Positions 23,439 to 34,019 of a stretch of DNA of 64,000 bases are shown piece after piece. The DNA is taken from NCBI RefSeq assembly GCF_001194135.2, contig NC_068981.1, positions 7,998,581-8,062,580 on the forward strand, in the 5' to 3' direction. The notes under the pieces were generated by a model. It worked only from the letters and a program-made list of their open reading frames with translations. It was not told the DNA's origin and did not search any database. The position numbers and the translations under genes are program-made. Every line of letters starts with the position of its first letter. Position 1 is the stretch's first letter. Origin of the DNA: Octopus bimaculoides. Its lineage: Eukaryota.

Positions 23439-25593
23439 CATATCTGTATGTGTGTGTGTGTGTGGAGATTGTTGATCAGTGATATCTACTAATATCTCAG
23501 ACAGTTATATTTTACGATGCGTTAAATTCTGATAGATGTCATAGAATCATATAACAGGCACCAATTTTATAAGGAAATAGAAGAAAATAGCTACAACTGC
23601 TGCCGCTGGTGGAAATTGAACACGATTGCCTGGAATATATAGATTCTACAATTACTGCTTTAATTAAATTAGCAGTCGGAATTTGTAACGTGAACTTTGG
23701 GCGCCAGTATTGAATGCTATATGAATCCTGTAATACAATTCTTGGGAAGAAATTCTCATAAGTCTGCCTGAAGTTCTGCAGAAACATTATTCACCAATGT
23801 ACTCAGTTATGAATTTCTGGAAATATTGGGTTCTCGCGTTTGATTAAATTTGCAATCATACATCAGAACCTGCGATTATTCTCATGAGATGTTTCTTCGT
23901 TTAACAGTCATCTATTTTCAGACTTTCTATTAACATGTTGCATATACATAACGATATTCATCTAACGTTAATAATTGTATAACGATAACACATCACCGTG
24001 TGATTTTATCATATTGCACTGATACAGATTTCAATTCCTAAAATCCTATTTATCTTTTTACCATTAGAATATGGCTGAACACTTGGTGAATGGATTTACA
24101 GATGTGACTTATTTATTCTATAACCGACAGAATATTTCTGTGAAACCTTGTCATATTCTATAGAGTGTAATTCACAAGGAATTCCTGCGAGATTATTTAT
24201 AATGTACAGGATTATAGTTTGGGCATCCAGTGTTGATGTGACATACATTGAATCATAAGAATGGTAATCAAGAGAGGTTTCCACTTTAGACTCTGCTCAG
24301 TTGGAAGGCCGAAACAAGCGAGTTATATTAAATACACAGCGTAAAGGAATATGAGAATATTGTAGTGGAACGAAAATAGACATCTCTGGTGAATTATGCA
24401 ACAAATTGTGATTACATACACACACACACTGTATACGTATAATGCATAGGCGCATTCAATCGTATGTATGTATGTACGTGTATGTGATTATACTGTGCTT
24501 GTGCATATAATTAGGTAAATATACACGTGTGTATGTATGCATTTATGTATGTACGTATAAATAAATATATATATANNNNNNNNNNNNNNNNNNNNNNNNN
24601 NNNNNNNNNNNNNNNNNNNNNNNNNNNNNNNNNNNNNNNNNNNNNNNNNNNNNNNNNNNNNNNNNNNNNNNNNNNNNNNNNNNNNNNNNNNNNNNNNNNN
24701 NNNNNNNNNNNNNNNNNNNNNNNNNNNNNNNNNNNNNNNNNNNNNNNNNNNNNNNNNNNNNNNNNNNNNNNNNNNNNNNNNNNNNNNNNNNNNNNNNNNN
24801 NNNNNNNNNNNNNNNNNNNNNNNNNNNNNNNNNNNNNNNNNNNNNNNNNNNNNNNNNNNNNNNNNNNNNNNNNNNNNNNNNNNNNNNNNNNNNNNNNNNN
24901 NNNNNNNNNNNNNNNNNNNNNNNNNNNNNNNNNNNNNNNNNNNNNNNNNNNNNNNNNNNNNNNNNNNNNNNNNNNNNNNNNNNNNNNNNNNNNNNNNNNN
25001 NNNNNNNNNNNNNNNNNNNNNNNNNNNNNNNNNNNNNNNNNNNNNNNNNNNNNNNNNNNNNNNNTGTGTGTGCAATCGAAATTATTATCTCTCGGAACAG
25101 CGATGAAGGAAATCTAAAGAAATGCAGAAGCAGAAACAACGGAGTGAAGAGGATTCTGCAAGAAACTCGATCAAAAACTACAAAGAAGGGAAGCAACAAC
25201 TGCAGCAAATATTGGTTTTCATTAAGCTACATGTTTCTGTTTGTTCCAATAATTGCTTCTCTCTCCTATCTCAAGCATCATATTTTCAAACTTTACCTAT
25301 CAATGCATTGGCTTCTATTTCTCCCTTATCTCTTTCCAATATGTTTGAATCTTTATTCGTTCGACTCCCACATCTTTGCCTCATCAACATTACAAAACCA
25401 ACTTTACGATGCACAAAGACCTCATATCATCTCCACTGCTTCGTCGATATTTCCTCTCTGCTTGTCTATTTTCGTTATTTAGAAGAGTTTATGGCTGTAT
25501 CCGCCCAGCAGAGCGCTGTCAGGCAACACACAAACTAGAGTTCTCAGCGTTCCTTTAAAGGTAAAAACAAATGTGCGCAATATTGTTAATAAT

Positions 25594-25800
25594 GGTTTCA
25601 AATTTTGGCACAAGGCCAGCAACTTCGGGGGAGGGGGCTACTCGATTACATCGACCCCCAATACTCAACTGGTATTTATTTTATCGAACTCGAAGGATAA
25701 AGTCACCTCCTGCAAAATTTGAACTCAGAACGTAAAGACGAACGAAACGTCGCGAAGCATTTTGTCTGGCGTGTTGGTGATCTTGTCAGCTCATCGCCTT
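25594..25800 (-). mobile_element. SINE family B, full length, diverged
   Basis: GGTTTCAAATTTTGGCACAAGGCC 3' end, TTTGAACTCAGAACGT B-box region, head ending TCATCGCCTT. Confidence 0.8.
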
Positions 25801-25929
25801 GCAATGTTGTTCATATTAAAAAGTAAAATAACAGCTGAAAAAATAAAACTATCAGTTTTAGCAAACATTTCATTTTTAGAAATAATATAAATCTAAATCT
25901 CTCAGAGAGATTTATGCCGTAGTGATACG

Positions 25930-26185
25930 ATGAAGTAGTTGTATGCTGTCAACATAATGTGACAGTCCCCTGAAGGGAATAATACTATTGTTGGTTACAC
26001 CTAGGAAGCTTCACCGCTTCCTGTCGGCCTGGGTGGAGGTGCTCGTCTTCTCCTTGTAAACATAAGGACACAGGAAATGCGTCAAGGCCAACAGGAAGCG
26101 GTTAGGCTTCCAAGGTCTAACCAACAGTAGTATTATTCCCTTCAGGGGACTATCACATTAAGTTGATAGCATACAACTATTTCAT
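25930..26185. repeat. Long fold-back element: 101-bp arms, 54-nt spacer (MITE-like or inverted duplication)
   Basis: Arms 25930-26030 and 26085-26185 align without gaps with 10 mismatches; no TSD recognised. Confidence 0.85.
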
Positions 26186-26499
26186 TTTTACTCTGAAACG
26201 AGTTATTCAGTTGGTTTTTATCTACGCTCAGAGTCTCCCTAACAACGTCTCCACACTTGCCCAACCCTCATATTCTTTAAAACGGAGGGTCTGAGGTTTC
26301 ATTAACTACCATCCTTGGTTGGTAGATATCCTTGAGTTCTTGGCAACATTCCAGATGTCAGACTTCCAATATCGGTTCCCTGCTTGGGGGCCTCCAAATA
26401 ACAAGCCTTCTTTATTGTCAAAAGGTGAAACAATAAAAGATCATTACAAGGAGACATTGCAAAACAGCCTGAGTTTTACCAACACATATAAGCGAGTGA

Positions 26500-26622
26500 A
26501 ATGCGCGTATAAGGTCATTTACATTCATCATTATATTTAAATTTAAACTCAGAATATAAAGCTAGAAGACATGCCGCTAAGCATTTTGTCCGCTCTGCTA
26601 ACGATTCTGCCAACTCGAAACC
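26500..26622 (-). mobile_element. SINE family B, 5' part
   Basis: AAACTCAGAAT...GCTAAGCATTTTGTCC...GCTAACGATTCTGCCAACTC, abutting (AAT)n. Confidence 0.7.

Positions 26623-26695
<73 letters not shown>
26623..26695. repeat. (AAT)n microsatellite
   Basis: About 24 perfect units. Confidence 0.98.
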
Positions 26696-26696
<1 letters not shown>

Positions 26697-26865
26697 CAAA
26701 ACTGTACGAATCCAAAACAAAACTGTACGAATCCAAATATATGGTACCCTAGGCATAACACCTACATGAACTTCTAACTTGTTGTCTCTTGAGGTCTCTG
26801 GGTGAGACTTGGATCCAACTTGTACAAATGCAAAACAAAAGTCAAACATGAAATAATAATAATAA
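26694..26865 (+). mobile_element. 5'-truncated R4/Dong-like LINE (family 1), 3' UTR only, in (AAT)n
   Basis: CCCTAGG.ATAACACC.ACAT.AACTTCTAACTTGT...TTGAG.TCTCTGGGTGAGACTTG...CCAACTTGTA...CAAAAGTCAAACAT matches the 3' UTR at 34030-34140 (-). It has an AAT tail and a 21-bp tandem duplication at the 5' junction. Confidence 0.8.
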
Positions 26866-26867
26866 CA

Positions 26868-27080
26868 ATTCTTTCTATTATAGGCACAAGGCCTGCAATT
26901 TAGGGGAGGAGAATAATCGACTACATCGACCCAGTGTTTCACTGGTACTTATTTTACCGACTCCCGAAAGGATGAAAGGTAAAGTCGACCTCGGCGGAAT
27001 TTGAACTCAGAACGTAACGGCAGACGAAATACCACTAAGCATTTCGCCCGGCGTGCTAACGATTCTGCCCGCATTTCGCC

Positions 27081-27082
<2 letters not shown>
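26868..27082 (-). mobile_element. SINE family B, full length, young
   Basis: Near identical in layout to 60285-60500; A-box-like GGCAGAATCG and B-box GAGTTCAAAT on the minus strand; flanked by (AAT)n on both sides. Confidence 0.9.
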
Positions 27083-27148
<66 letters not shown>

Positions 27149-27149
27149 C

Positions 27150-27184
<35 letters not shown>
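27083..27184. repeat. (AAT)n microsatellite
   Basis: About 34 units, one CAT interruption. Confidence 0.98.
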
Positions 27185-27187
<3 letters not shown>

Positions 27188-27286
27188 GGAACTAAGTGAT
27201 TGATAGTGAAACGCCATGAAATCAGACACAGCACACTTCTAAATAATGACCTTTCAGTTAGATGACCAGTACACTTGTGACTCACC

Positions 27287-27379
27287 CTTCGGAACACGAA
27301 ACTTCGGAACACGAAACTTCGGAACACGAAACTTCGGAACACGAAACTTCGGAACACGAAACTTCGGAACACGAAACTT
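27287..27379. repeat. 15-bp tandem repeat CTTCGGAACACGAAA x6 (perfect) plus CTT
   Basis: Copies start at 27287, 27302, 27317, 27332, 27347 and 27362. Confidence 0.97.
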
Positions 27380-27444
27380 ACATCTCTCTCGCTCCAGTCA
27401 ATTAAGGTGTGAAGTATAATAATAATAATAATGCTAATATTCAC

Positions 27445-27735
27445 ATATAGAGATATCAAATCTAATAGAGCGGATACAGTTTTCAGAGGTCATCAAGAAA
27501 AAAAATGCCTTCTAATCGACGTATCTGTCTCAGCAGATGACACTCTATCTCCAAAAAGAAACGGAAAAACTCTCAAAAATAAAAAGATCTGAAAATAGAG
27601 ATAACCGAAATGTGGAGCCTAAAAACAGAAACAATTCCTATAATGATAGGTGCATTGGGCATGATTTAAATCACATATGGGCAAATTCATAACTAAAACA
27701 CTGGGACTTAGGAATGTATATAAAATACAGAAAAT
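27445..27735 (+). mobile_element. R4/Dong-like LINE (family 2), RLE-domain fragment
   Basis: Reads RDIKSNRADTVFRGHQEKKCLLIDVSVSADD and, after frameshifts, KDLKIEITEMWSLKTETIPIMIGALGMI, then KTLGLRNVYKIQKI; homologous to 34215-34560 and 37150-37236. Confidence 0.75.
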
Positions 27736-27895
27736 TAAACGGACGGAATAAGATTGAAGCTATCAACACATGGGTGGTTTCACTCCTTAGATACGGAGCA
27801 GGAGTAATCGCATGGACAGTAGACGAACTAAACAGCTTAGACAGAAAGACAAGGAAGTTGCTGACTAGATAAGGGATACTCCACCCAAAAAATGA
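27736..27895 (+). mobile_element. R4/Dong-like LINE, RT-thumb fragment (out of order relative to the preceding RLE piece)
   Basis: NGRNKIEAINTWVVSLLRYGAGVIAWTVDELNSLDRKTRKLLTR*GILHPK, compare 35307-35430 (NVRNRIEAIDTLAIPVLTYSFNIINWSVTEICNLDRK). Confidence 0.75.
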
Positions 27896-28524
27896 ACAAT
27901 CTGGTTTGCTTGCTTTAATGGCCTACCAATGTGTACAGTGTGTTTCTCTGCCCTAGGTGCCAGGAAGACACTCGACAAGAAATGGAAACAGAATTGAAAG
28001 AAGATGTTAATGAAAATTATAATACTAATAACAACAATAACAACACGAACGTATCTATTTACAGATATTGAAAGTTCCTTACATCAGCTTTAGTTGCATA
28101 TTAATACTTAAAAAAATATAATTAACCTCCAAAATAAATTACAAACTCAGTGAGAAATAAAACTAGATTGATAAAGAAAAATATTTTATTTTGATAAAAA
28201 GAATTTCAAAAGCAAATCAACAAAAACTAAGCTAAGATGAAACAATTTCAGAGTTGTTTCATAGAAAAGCATTTTGCAAACAGAAATCGCTGCATCACTT
28301 TAGTCGTTGAGGAGGTCACGTGATTAAAGAAACGACAAAAATGGAAGAAAAGCAAATCTCCATTGAATGCTGGGAATCATTCCTTTCTAATCGGATTATT
28401 GGGCAAAAAGCAAGCAAAATGAATTCCATTTTAGTCTATTTTAGCTTCTACTTTACAATTGCCCTTGTTATTTTTACTGAAATATTCTTTCTTTCAAAGT
28501 TTTATTTATCTCTCTCTCTCTCCT

Positions 28525-28574
<50 letters not shown>

Positions 28575-28771
28575 TTAGTTGGTTGTCTATTCATCAATAT
28601 TTCCCGCCTCCAAACAATAATAACAACAACAACGAAAACTAATAATAATGATAATAATAATAACAATATCACTACATACAAGATTTTATGACATTTTCCT
28701 AACATGACGATTTAAGTATATTCTTTAACCATATAATACAAGTCCTCTGTAGTTTTTTTCATTCTATTTTA

Positions 28772-28805
28772 CTTGACGAAGGGTAAATACCCAGAAACTC
28801 GAGTC
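28772..28805 (+). ncRNA. Penelope-type minimal hammerhead motif, near intact
   Basis: UUGACGA-A-GGGU/AAAU/ACCC-A-GAAA-CUCGAG-UC: 4-bp stem II, palindromic stem III ACUCGAGU, GUC triplet; C3 altered and no stem I found. Confidence 0.45.
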
Positions 28806-29775
28806 CGTGCGTATCACGTGATCAAGATGGGAAGGATGACTTCCCTTTGCAAATACCGACAGGGCACAGATGTGTGTCAATAGCCAGCTGGAGGAGATGT
28901 TCTCCTGGGGCTAAAAGCAACAGTAACATTCACCCTTACGGTTTAGCCGCATTTAAGTGGCAAATATGCTTCACGTTGTCATGCAGTTACTGTTTATACC
29001 TCGTTCAGAGATTTAACATTGCTTATATATATATATATATATATANNNNNNNNNNTATATCAGATAACTTCTAAGTATGACCAGACGTATTTCCTTCATA
29101 CGGTGTATCAGAAGCTGACCCTCTACTTTTTTCCTTTTATAGATTTATGTGATATACTCGTATACTTCAGTTTACATTTGCTGGGTACTTTGTTATAAAG
29201 TACCAAGTACCTGGTTATAACTAATTATGTTGCTTCCGGTGGAATATCTATAGGTTTTATTCCTGAGTACATGTACGTCAATTGAGTTAATTCCACTTTG
29301 AAACTTTAGGGTCTCTTTTCTTCGAAGCAGTTTCATGCGGTTGGATATCCAAGTTTGATCATTTCTCTCCTCTATGCTGTTTTATAACAATCTTATGTAA
29401 CTGATTGCTTAATATTGCTGGTCACAAAGGAATTCTTTCTTTTTCATTCTGCTTGATGAGAGAAATATAGAGAGTTCTCATAACAACACATTCAGCCGCG
29501 GAGACTTGTTACGCGCTAAGATCACAACAAAATTTCGTTGTCCTAATTCGGCCAATTAGTTAACTCGTTAGCCGTGATACAGTTATTTTGATAGAAGCAA
29601 GGACTTCTTATGCTTGGAGAATTTGATCAATTCAGCAAAGTGGTTGGCGTTCCTGTATGACCATTATCCAATGAGTAGAGAATACGTTCTGCACCAACTA
29701 TTTTCCTCGTCTCTCACTTCTAACATCAGTAAAGTTATGGAGGAACTCATTAACACTGACGTTCTCGAGCGACTT

Positions 29776-29777
<2 letters not shown>

Positions 29778-29834
<57 letters not shown>

Positions 29835-29880
29835 TATCTCTCTCTCTATCTATCTCTCTCTATCTCTCTCTCTCTCCCTC
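29778..29880. repeat. (CT)n/(CTAT)n microsatellite
   Basis: Directly visible. Confidence 0.95.
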
Positions 29881-30356
29881 CTTTCCCGCCCTTTTCTACT
29901 ACTTGGACTTGCGGCGGAGTTCACCCGGGGTGGGTTGAACAGGCTCCGACCAACGACTACACTCCTGTTAGAGTTTCAGTGGGGATACAAATTCCCATGT
30001 GGTCCCCGGTCACATGCATACATTCTCTGGGAAAGTGTGATTCGTAGCAGCTTGTCTTGCCGTCGATTGTTGACCGTTGCAGAGGATTCACTGACCAAGG
30101 CAACATTGATCATCGGAGCAGACGTAGCCTGGATTTCAAGCCGCTTCTAGCGACATGTTTTAGCAAAAGTTAAGGGGTGCCTGACTCCCACTGGTTTTCC
30201 AGCATGTCGAACACGAACCCGAAATCTCTGTGTTCCCATTCTATTGCTAGATAGTCGTTAAACCTACACTAGTTTCGTTCGTCCTTTTTGACAGGTCGTG
30301 TTTCTAGTCCTTCTGGGTTTCTTGCAACCCTCCTCACCCCACCTCGCCCCTTTCAG

Positions 30357-30420
30357 TGAATATCAATACAATTCCTGAAAGCAGGTTCACTGAAAGCCTA
30401 TGCCTTTGTGCCGCTCACCG
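30357..30420 (+). CDS. Candidate 64-nt internal exon, product unknown
   Basis: Pyrimidine-rich acceptor ...CTCGCCCCTTTCAG and donor CCG|GTGAGT; one open frame, (V)NINTIPESRFTESLCLCAAH(R). No homology recognised. Confidence 0.25.
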
Positions 30421-31860
30421 GTGAGTTCAAGCATTAGATAAGGCCGGAAAACATCAGCCCCCCTCAACCCCCAATCCCTGGAATCTTTTCCCTGTTTTTA
30501 TCTTTCCTGCAATTGTTGAACATTAATGCTATCGAACCAAACTTCTTTTCGGAGTTGGAAGGGCAACGGGCATATGTGTGAATAATATAACGACATAGCT
30601 TTTGTATGTGGGTATATGTGTGTGTATCTGTGTCTGTGCGTGCGTGTGTATGTCTGTATGTGTGCCTGTATGTATATATGTATGTGTGTATATATANNNN
30701 NNNNNNNNNNNNNNNNNNNNNNNNNNNNNNNNNNNNNNNNNNNNNNNNNNNNNNNNNNNNNNNNNNNNNNNNNNNNNNNNNNNNNNNNNNNNNNNNNNNN
30801 NNNNNNNNNNNNNNNNNNNNNNNNNNNNNNNNNNNNNNNNNNNNNNNNNNNNNNNNNNNNNNNNNNNNNNNNNNNNNNNNNNNNNNNNNNNNNNNNNNNN
30901 NNNNNNNNNNNNNNNNNNNNNNNNNNNNNNNNNNNNNNNNNNNNNNNNNNNNNNNNNNNNNNNNNNNNNNNNNNNNNNNNNNNNNNNNNNNNNNNNNNNN
31001 NNNNNNNNNNNNNNNNNNNNNNNNNNNNNNNNNNNNNNNNNNNNNNNNNNNNNNNNNNNNNNNNNNNNNNNNNNNNNNNNNNNNNNNNNATATGTATATG
31101 CATCTATATGTATATGTGTATGCTTGCATGCATTTATATATGGATGTATGAGCACACAGTTTTGTGTGTTATATCCGTTTATAAAATGCGCACCGTTTCG
31201 TTGGTCGCCAAAAAAAAATCGTGTGCTTCGACATGTTACTCAGGAACGACAGATCTTGTGTCGGGTGGTGTCGAGGTGCGGTCGGGTTGGTGGCGAAGGG
31301 AGAGGAGATTACAACCAGATTACAATATTTTATTTTAAAACACCAATAAAGAAAGATATTAAAAAACAGGCATTTATTGCAACCAGATCGTAACATTCTT
31401 CAAGAGTGGAATTTTGGAATGTAGAAAATAATATTTGTCAAAAATTTACAAAATAAAAAATTTAAATACTGAGATAAAGTTAAAATATAAACATAAACAA
31501 GATACTTGAGTATTAAAAAATATTTTAAAAGACAAAAAGAACAATAAAAACTAGTTGCAATGAAGAAAATCTGGAAATATATAAAGAGCAAGATGAAGAT
31601 GCAATATGGATAAATCTTTTTAAACTACTTAAAAACGATGATAAAAGAAAATGGTGAGGAAAAGAAAGTGAAAATATGATGGAGAATAAATATAAATACA
31701 AGAATTTTTCACCCTCCGCCATCGCCTTTCACCTTTAAATGAAGAATTTAGAAAATTAAGAAGAATTTATAAGGCTGCAATAAAAAGAAAATTATGATAG
31801 AAAAATTTGTCTTAAAAATGAAACATAATGTATAAATTGCAGAGATTTAAAAAGCATATA

Positions 31861-31912
<52 letters not shown>

Positions 31913-32117
31913 ATATAGAAAAAAGGAATCAACTGCGTTGTGAAATGCACAATTTTGAAAGAAGTCGATGTTAAAAACAGGGTAAGTGTAAAATTATTAA
32001 ACATTTCCTCTTAAATTTATGAGCAGAATCGTCTCTTGGCGTCGTGTTTGTTGAAGAGCGGAAAGATGTGACATGTTGACAAATATGTATCAGAATGCTA
32101 ATAAATGTATATAAGAT

Positions 32118-32300
32118 TCAGTCATTGAATGCGGCCGTGCTGGAGCACTGCCTTGATAGTTTTACTTGAATAAATTGACTGCAGTATTTATCTTTTAGGT
32201 CTGGTATCTCTCCTATCAATCTCTTGCTGCCGATTGTAAAGTTACGGGGACGTAAACAAATCAACACCAGTTAAGAGACACAAATACAGACCCATATGCT
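32118..32300 (-). mobile_element. SINE family A, diverged 3' fragment
   Basis: CAGTCATT...GCGGCCGTGCTGGAGCACTGCCTT...TTACGGGGACGTAAACA matches the 3' half of 32585-32993. Confidence 0.7.
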
Positions 32301-32584
32301 AACACACGCACACACTCATTCACAGACACACGCACACACCTATATATGTATGCATGTATATATAAGAATGGCAATGGAATAAGCAATTATGTTATGAACT
32401 TCATTAGCTGTTTCTGCTATCAGATGTAATGCACTCAGAGTTGAAACGGTTGAGTATCGTCTTCTGCCTTCATCAGAGCATCAAACATGAAGTGCAGTTT
32501 TATTGGGGAAAACATCTACATTTATTTATACATACAAAAAAAAAAGCATTACCAATGAAAGAGCATTAAGATATATTCTTTTAT

Positions 32585-32993
32585 TTTATTCTTTTACTTG
32601 TTCCAGTAATTTTGACTGCAGCCATGCTGGAGCACCGCCTTTAGTCGAGCAAATCGACCCCAGGAATTATTCTTTGTAAGCTTTGTACTTATTCTATCGG
32701 TCTCTTATGCCGAACCGCTAATTTACGGGGGCGTAAATACACCAGCATTGGTTGTTAAGCAATGTTGGTGGGGGACACACACAAACATAAACACACACAC
32801 ACACGCATATATATATATATATATATATATATGACGGCTTCTTTCAGTTTCCATCTGCCAAATCCACTCACAAGGCTTTGGTCGGCCCGAGGCTATAGTA
32901 GAAGACACTTGCCCAAGGTGCCATTCAGTGCGACTGAACCCGGAACCATGTGGCTGGGAAGCAAGTTACTTACCACACAGCCACCCCTACGTC
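32585..32993 (-). mobile_element. SINE family A, full length (best copy)
   Basis: Minus strand: A-box TGGCTGTGTGG, B-box GGTTCAGTC, GGCACCTTGGGCAAGTGTCTT core-like block, internal (TA)/(TG) tract, 3' end GGAACAAGTAAAAGAATAAAA. Confidence 0.9.
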
Positions 32994-33034
32994 TATGTAG
33001 AATCAGAATAAAATTTTTGCATGTATGTCTGTCT

Positions 33035-33660
33035 CTTCTATTTTTAATTATTATAAATCTTCCACTGGGGAGGGAGCCGGTTTCCGACAAAGATACAAGG
33101 CTCCATCTTTGGGATGTAGCTAACACAAAGAAATTCACATTTGGAACTTGAGAAAAGTCTCGCATATTTTTACTGTCCCACTCACAGATTGCACTTGTAA
33201 TGTACGAATTAGTTGGTCGATTTCTCTTTCTGAAAATCTCAGTTTATCTAGATTCTCCTTTAAGCATTCTCTAACAAAACCTAGAGCTCCAATTATTATT
33301 TGTATGAACATGAATTCATAGTCTGAGTATAGAAGTTGGAGGTTTCGAAGCAGATGTCCATAGATATCCTCTTTTTCTTTGATTTTCAAAGAAATATTTA
33401 TATCTACAGAGTAGCTAACCTCTATGATGGCACATACCTTTGCCCCTCTGTCCCAATCGACAATATCCGGCCTGTTATGTTTACATTTGACAGAAGTTTT
33501 GATGGGAATATTCCACCAGTTGGTGTTTATGAATATATTCCATAACAGAAGGATTTTCTAAGTTTATTTCAGGAAAATATTCTGAATCTGGTACACTTTC
33601 AGTCCTCAAAACGCATGAGGAGAAATATGCTTGTGAGTTATCAACATCTACACCCTGAAC
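33035..33660 (-). mobile_element. RLE-type non-LTR retrotransposon (family 4), 3' fragment
   Basis: WWNIPIKTSVKCKHNRPDIVDWDRGAKVCAIIEVSYSVDINISLKIKEKEDIYGHLLRNLQLLYSDYEFMFIQIIIGALG...VSGTVKICETFLKFQM*: PD..E..K restriction-like endonuclease signature, followed by a 100-nt UTR and ATAATAATTAAAAAT. Confidence 0.85.
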
Positions 33661-34019
33661 GGATGAATAAAATGACAGAGGAATTTCATCATATTTGAAC
33701 AAAACCGTTTGATTAAACGTTCTTTTCTTTTTCTTTTTTTCTTTTCGTTTTCTTTCTTTTTTTTCTTTTTCCCTTCTTTTCTTTTTCTCTTCTTTTTCTT
33801 TTTGCCAGTTGTAAACTTGAAATTTGAAGACTGATGATGTCATTCCATCAACGTGGGAACGTTGGTTGCTTCGTTCAAACTTAGAATTTCAATTTCTATA
33901 ATTTTCAATTTCTATGTATCACTTTTCATTTTGAACTCAACAAAGACAAGCTTTCTGTCAAAATATTGTTGAACCAATAAAACATCTATTGCAATCACAT
34001 CGCGCTCTTCCTATTGTCT

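Noticed and set aside
25066-25538. Two overlapping 138-aa ORFs
   Set aside because: No recognisable domain in any frame; composition is not diagnostic.
27287-27379. CRISPR-like array
   Set aside because: The repeats are directly adjacent with no unique spacers, the context is eukaryotic and there are no cas genes; the same applies to 63832-64000.
29614-30150. 178-aa ORF
   Set aside because: Held open by a (CT)n tract; the flanking peptides are unrecognisable.
33828-33875. CUGAUGA...GGAACGUU hammerhead relic
   Set aside because: GAAA is mutated and stem II cannot be paired.
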